The position numbers and the translations under genes were made by a program. The notes under the pieces were generated by a model that saw only the letters and a list, made by a program, of their open reading frames with translations, did no database searches and was not told the DNA's origin. Positions 36,532 to 44,681 of a DNA stretch of 48,264 nt are shown here, in pieces (position 1 is the first letter of the stretch; each line of letters begins with the position of its first letter). The DNA is from an uncultured Candidatus Saccharibacteria bacterium (lineage in GTDB: Bacteria; Patescibacteriota; Minisyncoccia; Phycocordibacterales; UBA5272): contig CAYGDF010000001.1 in NCBI GenBank assembly GCA_964348675.1, positions 7,199 through 55,462 of the forward strand, given 5' to 3'.

Positions 36532-37839
36532 TTACGGCGTGAGCCGGTTCATGCCACGGTAGAGGTAGGTGACTTCACGCACGTTCGGACGTCCGAGCAT
36601 GATCATCAGCAGTCGCGTCAGACCGATGCCACAGCCACCGTGCGGAGGACATCCGTAGCGGAAAAAGTTGAAGTAGTGCTCGAGCGGACCGTGGCTGAAA
36701 CCGCGGTCGGTGGCCTGAGCCTTCAGCTTTTCGTAACGATGCTCGCGCATCGCACCCGTCGTGATTTCGATTCCGTTCCACAGCAAATCGAAACTCATCG
36801 TCAGGTCAGGGCGATCTTCATGCCGCATGTGGTAGAACGCTCGCACCTCGGTCGGGTAATCGGTCACGAAAACGAATTCGTGACCGAACTCTTCCTTGAT
36901 GTAGGCGCTCAGCATGCGCTCGCCTTGTGGGTCGAGATCCTCCTTGTGGTTGATGAAGTGCCCGCGTTCCGCCAACACCTCCCGCGCCCGTGCCAACGTG
37001 ATGCGCGGGAAAGGAGTTGTCGGCACCACCACGTTGACTTGAAAGGCCTCCTTGATGGCTTCACCGTGCTTGGCGGCAACGATTGCCATCATGTGCCCGA
37101 TCCAGTTCTCCTCCACCTGCATGACGTCCTCGTGGGATTCGATCCACGAGATTTCCATGTCGACGGAAGTGAACTCGGTGTCATGCCGTGACGTCATCGA
37201 CGGGTTCGCCCGGAAAACCGGGCCGATCTCGAAGATGCGGTCGAAGCCGGCGGCCATCGCCATCTGCTTGTAGAACTGCGGCGACTGGGCGAGATTGGCT
37301 GTCCGGCCGAAGTACGGCAAGGTAAACAACTCCGCGCCGGACTCACTCGCCGTGCCCATCAGCTTCGGGGAGTGGATTTCCAGGAACCCTTCCTTCTCCC
37401 AGAATCCCCGCATGGCGATTTCCATCGTGGTTTGCACCTGGAAGATCAGCAGGTTCTTGGGCTCGCGCAAACTGAGTTGGCGCCAGTCCATCTGCTTCTC
37501 GAGCGAGGATTCCGCGGTGACCGGAAGCGGGGCTTCCGCGACACTGTGGACTTCCACGGACCCGACTTGAATCTCCAGGCCGCCCAACTTCACGTTGGGC
37601 GCTTCGACGACGAGCCCCTTCACCGTCACGGCTGAACCAGGTGTCAGTCCGCTGATGATCGATGAAAGGGCGGCGCCCTCGTCACTCTTCGGATGCACGG
37701 CCTGCACCTTTCCGGTGCGGTCTTGCAAGATGAGGAACTGCATCCGTTTCTGGTCGCGGACGGCGTCCACGAAACCTTTCACGGAAACAACTTCTCCGAG
37801 GCAGCCACTCAGGCTGCAAATCCAAGTTCTCTGTTTCAT
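36532..37839 (-). CDS. Class IIb aminoacyl-tRNA synthetase, archaeal-type AspRS-like
   Basis: N-terminal OB fold (GFVDAVRDQKRMQFLILQDRTGKVQAV). Motif 2 is GPVFRANPSMTSRHDTEFTSVDMEISW, with Asn where the fRxE Glu is usual. Motif 3 is GGCGIGLTRLLM. GGAG lies 6 nt before the ATG. About 60% GC. Confidence 0.75.
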   Translation of the reverse strand: MKQRTWICSLSGCLGEVVSVKGFVDAVRDQKRMQFLILQDRTGKVQAVHPKSDEGAALSSIISGLTPGSAVTVKGLVVEAPNVKLGGLEIQVGSVEVHSVAEAPLPVTAESSLEKQMDWRQLSLREPKNLLIFQVQTTMEIAMRGFWEKEGFLEIHSPKLMGTASESGAELFTLPYFGRTANLAQSPQFYKQMAMAAGFDRIFEIGPVFRANPSMTSRHDTEFTSVDMEISWIESHEDVMQVEENWIGHMMAIVAAKHGEAIKEAFQVNVVVPTTPFPRITLARAREVLAERGHFINHKEDLDPQGERMLSAYIKEEFGHEFVFVTDYPTEVRAFYHMRHEDRPDLTMSFDLLWNGIEITTGAMREHRYEKLKAQATDRGFSHGPLEHYFNFFRYGCPPHGGCGIGLTRLLMIMLGRPNVREVTYLYRGMNRLTP

Positions 37840-37859
37840 GACTTTCTCCGGTAACTGAA

Positions 37860-39176
37860 TTAAGGGTAGACCCGGCGACGCACCACTCGTGGGAATGGAA
37901 TAGCGTCACGGACGTGGGGGATGTTGAGCAACCAACGAATCAGCCGTTCGAGTCCCATGCCGAAGGCGATATGGGGAACGCAACCGGCGTGATGAACATC
38001 GCGGACAAACTGATACCTCGGTTCGGTGAGCTTGCCCTTTTCGTCGAGCCGCTCGTCCAGCATCTTCGGATCGTGGATTTTCTCCGCGACGCCCAACAGT
38101 TCTCCGTAGCCATTGCTGGCGATCAGATCGGCCACCATCGTCACTCGCGTGTCGTTGGGGTCAATCACGTACGGGAACGGCTCGACGGCTCGTGGTATTC
38201 CCACAATCCAGAAGGGGCTCTTGTAAAGCTTGGACAGGATTTCTTCCTCAGACGTGCTGAGGGCTTGTCCGAACTTTGCGTCGAGACCCTGCTCTTGCAG
38301 ATACTTCACGGCATCCTCGTACGAAATGCGCGGGAAGGGCGTTTTCAGCCCATCCAGGCATAACTGGGTGCCGAGCGTGCTCATGATGCCAGGGCATCGT
38401 GCCTGGCATTCTGTGGTCACGTAGCCGAGGATGTCTTCCACCAGTTTGATGATGTCCTCACGGTTCCCGAAAGCGACCTCGGCCTTGATGTGCCAGTACT
38501 CCATGAGGTGGCGCTTGCTCCGCGACTCTTCACCACGGAAGCTAGGCCCCATGTTGAAGATCCGTTCGAAGGCATGCACTCCGGCCTCCAGGTAGAAGCC
38601 GGCACACTGGGAGAGGAACAGGTTCTCATCGTGCACGTTGATCGACATCGCTGTCTTTCCGTCGTAGAGCGGTGTCGGCGTGAGGATCGGCGCATCGAAT
38701 TCCATGAAGCGGTTCTTGTAAAACCACTCACGGACGATACGCATCAACTCAGCACGAAACTGGAGAACCGCCATCACCTTCGGGTTGCGAAGATAGATGT
38801 GCCGGTAGTCGAGCATCTGGTTCGTGTGACGTTCGTCAAACGGATCGAAGTTCGACCGTGGCTGAGGTTCCAGCCGAAGCGTGGCCTTACCCAGCACCGC
38901 AAAGTTACTTGCGTGGAGTTCGTTCTCTTGCCCGTTTCGCCGAGAAAGGTTTCCGTGTATCTCGACACCCGACTCGAGCGGCACCGTTGACGCCAGGTCA
39001 AATTCATCTTCAGAAATCGAGGACTTCTGGATGACGACCTGGATGGTGCCAGTTGAGTCGGAAATATCGAGAAAGATTATTTTTCCTTGTCGCCTCCGAT
39101 GTTTGAGCCACCCCATAAGAGTAGCTGCCCCACCAGGATTCGCAGCAAGGAAGTCGGTAACAAAGAGCGTCTTCAT
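37860..39176 (-). CDS. Class IIb aminoacyl-tRNA synthetase, AsnRS-like
   Basis: OB fold (GWLKHRRRQGKIIFLDISDSTGTIQVV). Motif 2 is GPSFRGEESRSKRHLMEYWHIKAEVAF. The C-terminus is VPHIAFGMGLERLIRWLLNIPHVRDAIPFPRVVRRRVYP, an AsnRS-type ending. It lies 20 nt upstream of the AspRS-like gene. About 62% GC. Confidence 0.75.
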   Translation of the reverse strand: MKTLFVTDFLAANPGGAATLMGWLKHRRRQGKIIFLDISDSTGTIQVVIQKSSISEDEFDLASTVPLESGVEIHGNLSRRNGQENELHASNFAVLGKATLRLEPQPRSNFDPFDERHTNQMLDYRHIYLRNPKVMAVLQFRAELMRIVREWFYKNRFMEFDAPILTPTPLYDGKTAMSINVHDENLFLSQCAGFYLEAGVHAFERIFNMGPSFRGEESRSKRHLMEYWHIKAEVAFGNREDIIKLVEDILGYVTTECQARCPGIMSTLGTQLCLDGLKTPFPRISYEDAVKYLQEQGLDAKFGQALSTSEEEILSKLYKSPFWIVGIPRAVEPFPYVIDPNDTRVTMVADLIASNGYGELLGVAEKIHDPKMLDERLDEKGKLTEPRYQFVRDVHHAGCVPHIAFGMGLERLIRWLLNIPHVRDAIPFPRVVRRRVYP

Positions 39177-39426
39177 GTCACTTTCCTTCCATTGGTTAAC
39201 ATGGGCGACATGCCCGACTTGATACTACAATCATAATCGCACTTTGTCAAAAAAATATTTAATCAAAAATCGAGTAAAATAACACGTATTTCAATCAGAA
39301 ATATCAATTTATTTTCATAAAAATATATCACTAAAATTGTGTGACAGCTCTCTGAAAAAGTTGGAACAAATTTATAAATAGGATAGGATACAACCATCTG
39401 TTCGTCATAAAACAAGGAGTAAAGTT

Positions 39427-39672
39427 ATGGTCTACAAGACCGTCCCGCAATTGGGCATCACGATTTCCGTGAAGCCCTATCGAAAAAGCCGTGGAATGAA
39501 AGGCTGTGGACGTGTAGGAAGCACTGGCAAGAAAGCCTACATCACAAAAGCAGGGGAGGAGACGGTCACCATCAAGGGTGACTCGTTCAAACACCTCTGC
39601 CAGCAGATTCGTGAGCAGTTCAAGATTCCGCCGAGTGTCACCATCAACTCCTCGGGCGAGACCTACGTCTGA
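39427..39672 (+). CDS. Small basic hypothetical protein (81 aa), GC-rich, divergent from the aaRS operon
   Basis: AAGGAG lies 7 nt before the ATG, and the gene has its own terminator. MVYKTVPQLGITISVKPYRKSRGMKGCGRVGSTGKKAYITK... I recognise no family. Confidence 0.65.
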   Translation: MVYKTVPQLGITISVKPYRKSRGMKGCGRVGSTGKKAYITKAGEETVTIKGDSFKHLCQQIREQFKIPPSVTINSSGETYV

Positions 39673-39689
39673 GTCAGTCCGCCATCGCC

Positions 39690-39719
39690 AAAAAAGCCCG
39701 TTTCGGCGGGCTTTTTTAT
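39690..39719 (+). terminator. Rho-independent terminator
   Basis: aaaaaagcccg-tttcgg-cgggctttttt. Confidence 0.8.
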
Positions 39720-39769
39720 TTGGTAAAAGTTGGGACGAAGTTGAAACAGAATTAGTAAGAAATTCTTGC

Positions 39770-40027
39770 TTAGTTTAGTGGGTAGATTTTATTAAGTTCA
39801 GGTTCTTCGGGGTACTCAGCGTGATGCTCTTTTACGTCTTTCCAGTCTATTGCATTTATAACGGCATCACCTGTACAACCTTCGTATGGACACATTTGTA
39901 ATACATCATCCATTTCTGAAGTCATTACATGCTTAAAATTACCACTTTTATAAACTCTTTCACAGTGCATACAATACAAATAACCATTACCACTTACCTT
40001 CCCAAAAATATATTCTCTCTCATTCAT
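39770..40027 (-). CDS. Small zinc-ribbon-like protein
   Basis: CMHC ... CPYEGC (CxxC plus CxxxxC). 85 aa, low GC. Confidence 0.5.
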   Translation of the reverse strand: MNEREYIFGKVSGNGYLYCMHCERVYKSGNFKHVMTSEMDDVLQMCPYEGCTGDAVINAIDWKDVKEHHAEYPEEPELNKIYPLN

Positions 40028-40067
40028 TTTTTTAAGTATATTAAACTATCAATTTTTAATAAAAAGC

Positions 40068-40631
40068 TCACTTCTTTGATGAACTCTTCTTAGGTTCTAG
40101 GTTTTTAAAAAGTTCAGGGAACATTATAGGCATTTCTCTGTTGAAAGTAATTGTGTGCTCTTCATTAAATTCCGTAAGATCATGTTCAAGCTTTGCAACC
40201 AGTTCAGCTGTAGTTTTTCCTCTTTTTCTTTTTACCATTTCTTCCACTATAAAACCCTTCATATGTCCTCCTAGTTTGTATGCTTTTTTTATTTCATTAA
40301 TAAAAGATTTCCTATCAATTTTTAAGATGTTGTGTATTACTTCGTTTCGTTTTTTTCTATAGATATTCAGGTTGCTGTATAATTTTCGGTCAATCTTTCC
40401 TAAAAGGAAAAGTTCGTCGGAAATTCTTGCAATTTCAAAAGTAGAAAACTTACTTTTTAGTTCTGGTATTTTTTCTAAATGAGCACTAAGAACTTCCATC
40501 GCATAATTTTTAATAACGCCCTCTATTACACATGACTGTACTAAAAAGGCATCCAAATAGCGTTTATTTTTGTAGGCATTTTCAGCCATATCCACTAAAT
40601 ATCTATAGTTTTTTGAGTCTGATGTTCCCAT
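40068..40631 (-). CDS. All-helical protein with a HEPN-like Rx4H motif
   Basis: RKKRNEVIHNIL contains R-N-E-V-I-H. 187 aa, helical and charged. The family call is inference. Confidence 0.4.
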   Translation of the reverse strand: MGTSDSKNYRYLVDMAENAYKNKRYLDAFLVQSCVIEGVIKNYAMEVLSAHLEKIPELKSKFSTFEIARISDELFLLGKIDRKLYSNLNIYRKKRNEVIHNILKIDRKSFINEIKKAYKLGGHMKGFIVEEMVKRKRGKTTAELVAKLEHDLTEFNEEHTITFNREMPIMFPELFKNLEPKKSSSKK

Positions 40632-40679
40632 ACTTATTATATTATCACTTAATAGGGTCGGGACTGTCTTTAAAGTTGC

Positions 40680-40707
40680 TTGACTTTTTATCTACATGTA
40701 ATATACT
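40680..40707 (+). promoter_or_regulatory. Putative sigma70-type promoter of the higB operon
   Basis: TTGACT (40680-40685), a 16-nt spacer, then TATACT (40702-40707). The imperfect palindrome cttcccactatgggag follows. Confidence 0.4.
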
Positions 40708-40749
40708 TCCCACTATGGGAGTAAATACATTTGTATCAAAACCACCCAC

Positions 40750-41040
40750 ATGATTATGCAACTAATTGGCAAAGAAATCTTAGGCACCTTCAAAAACGAG
40801 CATTCTGATGCTCAGTCGCAAATTGACTCCTGGATTTCAGAAGTTGAAGCGGCTACTTGGAGGGTCCCACAAGATGTTGGCAAGAGATTCAAGGCAGACT
40901 TCCCAGGCAATAACCAGATTATATTTGATATTTGTTGGAATAAATATCGAATATGGGTCAAAGTTACCTATAAAAGTGGAATTGTTATTGTTAAGTCAGT
41001 AGGAACTCATAAAGAGTACGATAAGTGGAAATTCAAATAA
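40750..41040 (+). CDS. higB: HigB-family type II toxin (RelE/ParE superfamily)
   Basis: FPGNNQIIFDICWNKYRIWVKVTYKSGIVIVKSVGTHKEYDKWKF matches the HigB_toxin pattern. 96 aa. Confidence 0.7.
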   Translation: MIMQLIGKEILGTFKNEHSDAQSQIDSWISEVEAATWRVPQDVGKRFKADFPGNNQIIFDICWNKYRIWVKVTYKSGIVIVKSVGTHKEYDKWKFK

Positions 41041-41044
41041 ATAT

Positions 41045-42268
41045 ATGAATGATATAAAAATAATTAAAAATCAAGAAGACTATCGTAACGCTCTCAATTT
41101 TGTCGAGCAGATTATTGATCGTGATCCAGAACCTGGAACTGTGGACTCTGATCATCTTATTCTTCTTACTGCACTCATAAAAGAGTATGAATCAAAAGCT
41201 TATCCAGAACATTTGCCTGACCCAATAGAAGCAATAAAATTTCGCATGGAACAACAAAATCTTAAACCTGCGGATCTTATACCTTACATTGGTAGTGCAG
41301 GTAGAGTTTCTGAAGTGCTTTCTGGAAAGAGACAGCTTACCCTTGATATGGTTAGGGCTCTTTCTTCAGGCTTGGGAATTCCAGCAAAAGTACTTATACA
41401 AAAACCGTCGCGAGATTTTGAATCTCAAAATTGGGATACCACGCTTGTAAAGACAATGCAGAAACGCGGTTATTTCGGCAAAAACTCTTTAAAAGATCAA
41501 AATAAATCAGAACTAATTAGTGGTTTCTTTTCTTCATTTGGACAACTCCAACCCGCCGCTTTATACCGAAAAACAAATTTTCGATCAGCACCTCGTACAG
41601 ATAATAATGCTCTACTTGCATGGGGTATTCGTGTGTTGGAGAAAGCGTCTAAAATAAAAGTTTCCACAAAGTACAAAAAGGGAACAGTTGATTTATTTTT
41701 TATGCGTGCAGCAATAAAGTTAAGTTCAAAAGATAATGGGCCTCTTCTTGTCCGTGATTATCTCGAAGAGTATGGTATTAAATTAGTTATTGAGCCACAC
41801 CTCCCTAAGACTCATCTTGATGGTGCTGTCTTGCTGTTTGATAAAGATAATCCAGTGATAGGTCTTACAATCCGTCATGACCGACCAGATAATTTTTGGT
41901 TTACGTTAATGCATGAACTTGCTCACGTAGCGCTTCACTACGAGGATGACGTTGAATCCTTTTATGATGAAGGACTTCAAGATAAAGATGGTGTGGGAGA
42001 TGACCCTAAAGAAAAGGAAGCTGATCTTCTAGCAGAAGAGGCTATTCTTCCAAAAGGTAAATGGGAGACTAGTGCGGCAAGAACAACCCCGAATCAGTTT
42101 TCTACTGAAGACCTTGCAAATGAGTTGGGGATACAGACGGCTGTCATTGCAGGAATGATTCGATTTAAACATCAAAATTTTTACTATTTAAATAAGATAG
42201 TAAATGATAAAAACTTAACCATTAAAAAATATTTTAAAAATGACTTTTTAGAAGAAAAACATGACTAA
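41045..42268 (+). CDS. HigA-like XRE HTH fused to an ImmA/IrrE (M78) metallopeptidase domain
   Basis: An N-terminal HigA-type helix bundle plus HTH (LKPADLIPYIGSAGRVSEVLSGKRQLTLDMVRAL). The C-terminal HExxH is FTLMHELAHVALH. Confidence 0.75.
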   Translation: MNDIKIIKNQEDYRNALNFVEQIIDRDPEPGTVDSDHLILLTALIKEYESKAYPEHLPDPIEAIKFRMEQQNLKPADLIPYIGSAGRVSEVLSGKRQLTLDMVRALSSGLGIPAKVLIQKPSRDFESQNWDTTLVKTMQKRGYFGKNSLKDQNKSELISGFFSSFGQLQPAALYRKTNFRSAPRTDNNALLAWGIRVLEKASKIKVSTKYKKGTVDLFFMRAAIKLSSKDNGPLLVRDYLEEYGIKLVIEPHLPKTHLDGAVLLFDKDNPVIGLTIRHDRPDNFWFTLMHELAHVALHYEDDVESFYDEGLQDKDGVGDDPKEKEADLLAEEAILPKGKWETSAARTTPNQFSTEDLANELGIQTAVIAGMIRFKHQNFYYLNKIVNDKNLTIKKYFKNDFLEEKHD

Positions 42269-43394
42269 TATAATTAAACCTTATGTGCCTGTATTACGTT
42301 GGAGAGCTGCTGAGATGGCAGCAATGGAAAAACTGCTTCCTAACGATAGATCAAATGTTACACCCTTGATCGAGTTCATAATGCCAGCACCCTCAGTTGA
42401 TAAAAAGAATCGTAAAAAAATTTTAAAAACACCTAAAGAGAAGTTTTTAGAGACCCTGCCCAATGTGGCAAAAGATCTATCAAAGTCTTGCGGACAAAGC
42501 CCAGTATTCATTGATGTCCATCTCCTTGATGGTGACATTCGGTCATCTTCCCTTAATCAAATTCTCTCCTCATCAAGTGAACTTAATATATTCTCCATTC
42601 CTGTTACATATGTGATTCCAGTAACAAGTACAGACGCTGATACTGAAACGCGTTCGACTGCAATTAGTTATGCAAAGTCGAGTGGACATGGTTTATGTAT
42701 TCGCATAGATAATTCGCATCTTTCGGAGCCTGATTTAGCTTCTCATTTACTTCATTTTATTAAGAGTAACAATCTCGACATTAAAAATACTGACTTACTT
42801 GTTGATCTGCGATTCATTCCTGATATAGATACCAAAAAAGTAATTGATGAAATTGAAAAACTCCCAAATCTAAAAGAGTGGCGCTCCTTTATTGTGTCTG
42901 GAGGAGTTTTCCCTAAGGATTTGACTGAGTTCGCCGCCGGTGCAGCCTATTCACTTGATCGACTAGATTGGAAATTTTGGAATACAATACGTGAATCAAA
43001 AATAACTCGTGTCCCATCTTTCTCTGACTATACAATTCAGCACCCATTCTATGAATATGTGGCAGCTATTGGCAGTGCAAGTATAAGATATACGGCTGAT
43101 GACCAATGTTGGATTTTCAGAGGAACGAAGCCAGGATTAATTAATCGTAAAACTCAAGAAAAGGGCCCTGGGCGAGAGCAATATATTGGGCACGCAAAAA
43201 CTCTTGTAAAACGAGATTTTTACAAGGGAGATGGCTATAGTTTTGGTGATGCAGAAATTACGAGAATCGCTGACCCCTTAAATACAAAACCGGGTAGTCC
43301 TACTACATGGCTTACGATTGGTATTAACCACCATATAACGCTAGCTGCACGTCAGGCCTCCAACCTTCACGAGAACTCTGAAGAACAGATCTAA
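42261..43394 (+). CDS. Beta_protein (PF14350)/sce7725-like protein (recall-level)
   Basis: The N-terminus YVPVLRWRAAEMAAMEKL...VTPLIEF resembles the Beta_protein family start. It overlaps the upstream gene by 8 nt, so it belongs to the same operon. Confidence 0.4.
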   Translation: MTNIIKPYVPVLRWRAAEMAAMEKLLPNDRSNVTPLIEFIMPAPSVDKKNRKKILKTPKEKFLETLPNVAKDLSKSCGQSPVFIDVHLLDGDIRSSSLNQILSSSSELNIFSIPVTYVIPVTSTDADTETRSTAISYAKSSGHGLCIRIDNSHLSEPDLASHLLHFIKSNNLDIKNTDLLVDLRFIPDIDTKKVIDEIEKLPNLKEWRSFIVSGGVFPKDLTEFAAGAAYSLDRLDWKFWNTIRESKITRVPSFSDYTIQHPFYEYVAAIGSASIRYTADDQCWIFRGTKPGLINRKTQEKGPGREQYIGHAKTLVKRDFYKGDGYSFGDAEITRIADPLNTKPGSPTTWLTIGINHHITLAARQASNLHENSEEQI

Positions 43395-43929
43395 CATGTT
43401 TTTTTAGTGGTTCTAACTCTACTGATTCTGCAATCCTTGCATAGATAACCTCACGAGGTTTTGAACGGATACCATCCGCCTTACCTATGCTTTCTAGTAA
43501 ATCAAGTGCTTCATGTCTCCACAGAAGTCTAGCGATTGATTTATTGTCTTGAGCTGGATTATTTTTAGCCTCTCGAATTGTATTGAAGAAAATTCCACCG
43601 TTCTCACTAGTATGAGCTATTTCAACACCCCACCAATCAGGGATAATTTTAAATGCATCAACAAAGTGTCTACTGCCAACAACGAGGGTCACTTTATCAA
43701 AAACAGAATTATATGCCTCTCTTTGTTCAGGTAAGCGAAGTAGGGTGTCACGGTCGCTTTTGATTTCAAATCCGTGCAGTACTCCGTTTACAACAGCAAC
43801 ATCTATTCTCGCAGCTCCATGACAAAGACCCAACTCCGGAATTACACGATAGTCTGACTGCGCCACATACTCTTCTTTTAGTTTGCTTACTAGAGCTTCT
43901 CTTATTACTGTGTCGTTTGTTTGATACAT
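43324..43929 (-). CDS. PD-(D/E)xK-type nuclease-fold protein, sce7726/MmcB-like (recall-level)
   Basis: IPELGLCHGAARIDVAVVNGVLHGFEIKSDRD carries a D...E-x-K signature. Its 3' end overlaps the convergent gene by 71 nt. Confidence 0.45.
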   Translation of the reverse strand: MYQTNDTVIREALVSKLKEEYVAQSDYRVIPELGLCHGAARIDVAVVNGVLHGFEIKSDRDTLLRLPEQREAYNSVFDKVTLVVGSRHFVDAFKIIPDWWGVEIAHTSENGGIFFNTIREAKNNPAQDNKSIARLLWRHEALDLLESIGKADGIRSKPREVIYARIAESVELEPLKKHVRSVLQSSREGWRPDVQLALYGG

Positions 43930-44093
43930 CTTAATATATAAAAGAGAAATACGTATTTAAATTTTAACATACTTATGAACGCTAGGCATGTTAAAGTTAT
44001 CCCCGTATGACTGGTAACTACAAAATGAATATGTAAAACCTCGTTACCTTTGTAGCTTTTATTTCTTTAAATTTCGGCTTGCATTTTTCTTGC

Positions 44094-44306
44094 CTACAAT
44101 ACACTCTCATAACTATCGCTACTCGTACCGACAATATTTTTGTTATCACTTATTTGCATTAAAAATTGTTGTCGCACCAACTCATCTTTCTTCTCATTCT
44201 CCTTGTTCACTTGGTTAAAAAAATCTCTTCCAAAGAAACCAATCACAAAACTTGCACAAATAGAAAATATTACTAAAAGTGTAATGGCTATCTTATTAAA
44301 ATACAT
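44094..44306 (-). CDS. Small membrane-anchored protein
   Basis: N-terminal TM (IAITLLVIFSICASFVIGFF). I prefer it to the antisense ORF 44140..44424. Confidence 0.4.
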   Translation of the reverse strand: MYFNKIAITLLVIFSICASFVIGFFGRDFFNQVNKENEKKDELVRQQFLMQISDNKNIVGTSSDSYESVL

Positions 44307-44420
44307 CGCAAGGTTTTTAATATTAATAACTGGGGTAGCAAAACACTGCCCTGGAATAGGAACCTTGCGAGTAACCCACTCCGAGTGGCGGAGCTTTTAT
44401 CGCAAGATATTAGAATTTGT

Positions 44421-44603
44421 TTAAATGAAAAGCAATAGACCTCCAACTACAATCATAGGTATTCCTATTACCGCTCCAACGAACGTGAAGCAAAGAAGAG
44501 TACCGAGAATAGCAAATAATAGACCTATTGTTTTTCTAATCGGTTTTAAATATAAAGCCAAAGCCAACAAGATAATACCTATGAGCGCGACCAAAGTTTC
44601 CAT
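44421..44603 (-). CDS. Small two-TM membrane protein
   Basis: 60 aa, two hydrophobic helices. I prefer it to the antisense ORF 44425..44607. Confidence 0.4.
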   Translation of the reverse strand: METLVALIGIILLALALYLKPIRKTIGLLFAILGTLLCFTFVGAVIGIPMIVVGGLLLFI

Positions 44604-44635
44604 ATAAAGTTCAGTATATGTCTAGTTTATTTTTA

Positions 44636-44658
44636 GTACAAGGAGTCTCGGTCATAAA
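44636..44658. repeat. Direct repeat, left boundary of the methyltransferase/HNH cassette
   Basis: GTACAAGGAGTCTCGGTCATAAA matches 46935..46957 (GTACAAGGAGTCTCGGTCACAAA) at 22/23. Confidence 0.8.
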
Positions 44659-44681
44659 CATCAGTTGTAAGGTAAGTACTT

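Noticed and set aside
36575-39222. Many long ORFs on both strands inside the GC-rich block, for example 36640..37191, 37295..37570, 37372..37635, 37914..38363, 38417..38731, 38490..38990 and 38881..39222.
   Set aside because: They overlap the two aaRS reading frames, which carry clear class II motifs. Stop-poor alternative frames are expected in ~60% GC DNA. The translations are Arg/Pro/Ser/His-rich and low in complexity, with no RBS.
39415-39426. The 12-mer AGGAGTAAAGTT is shared between the leader of the 81-aa gene (39415..39426) and the leader of the GC-rich cassette (47472..47483). I considered it a shared regulatory signal linking the two foreign blocks.
   Set aside because: An exact 12-mer is expected to recur by chance many times in this window. 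There are on the order of 10^9 position pairs against 1.7x10^7 possible 12-mers. Half of the match is just a Shine-Dalgarno sequence.
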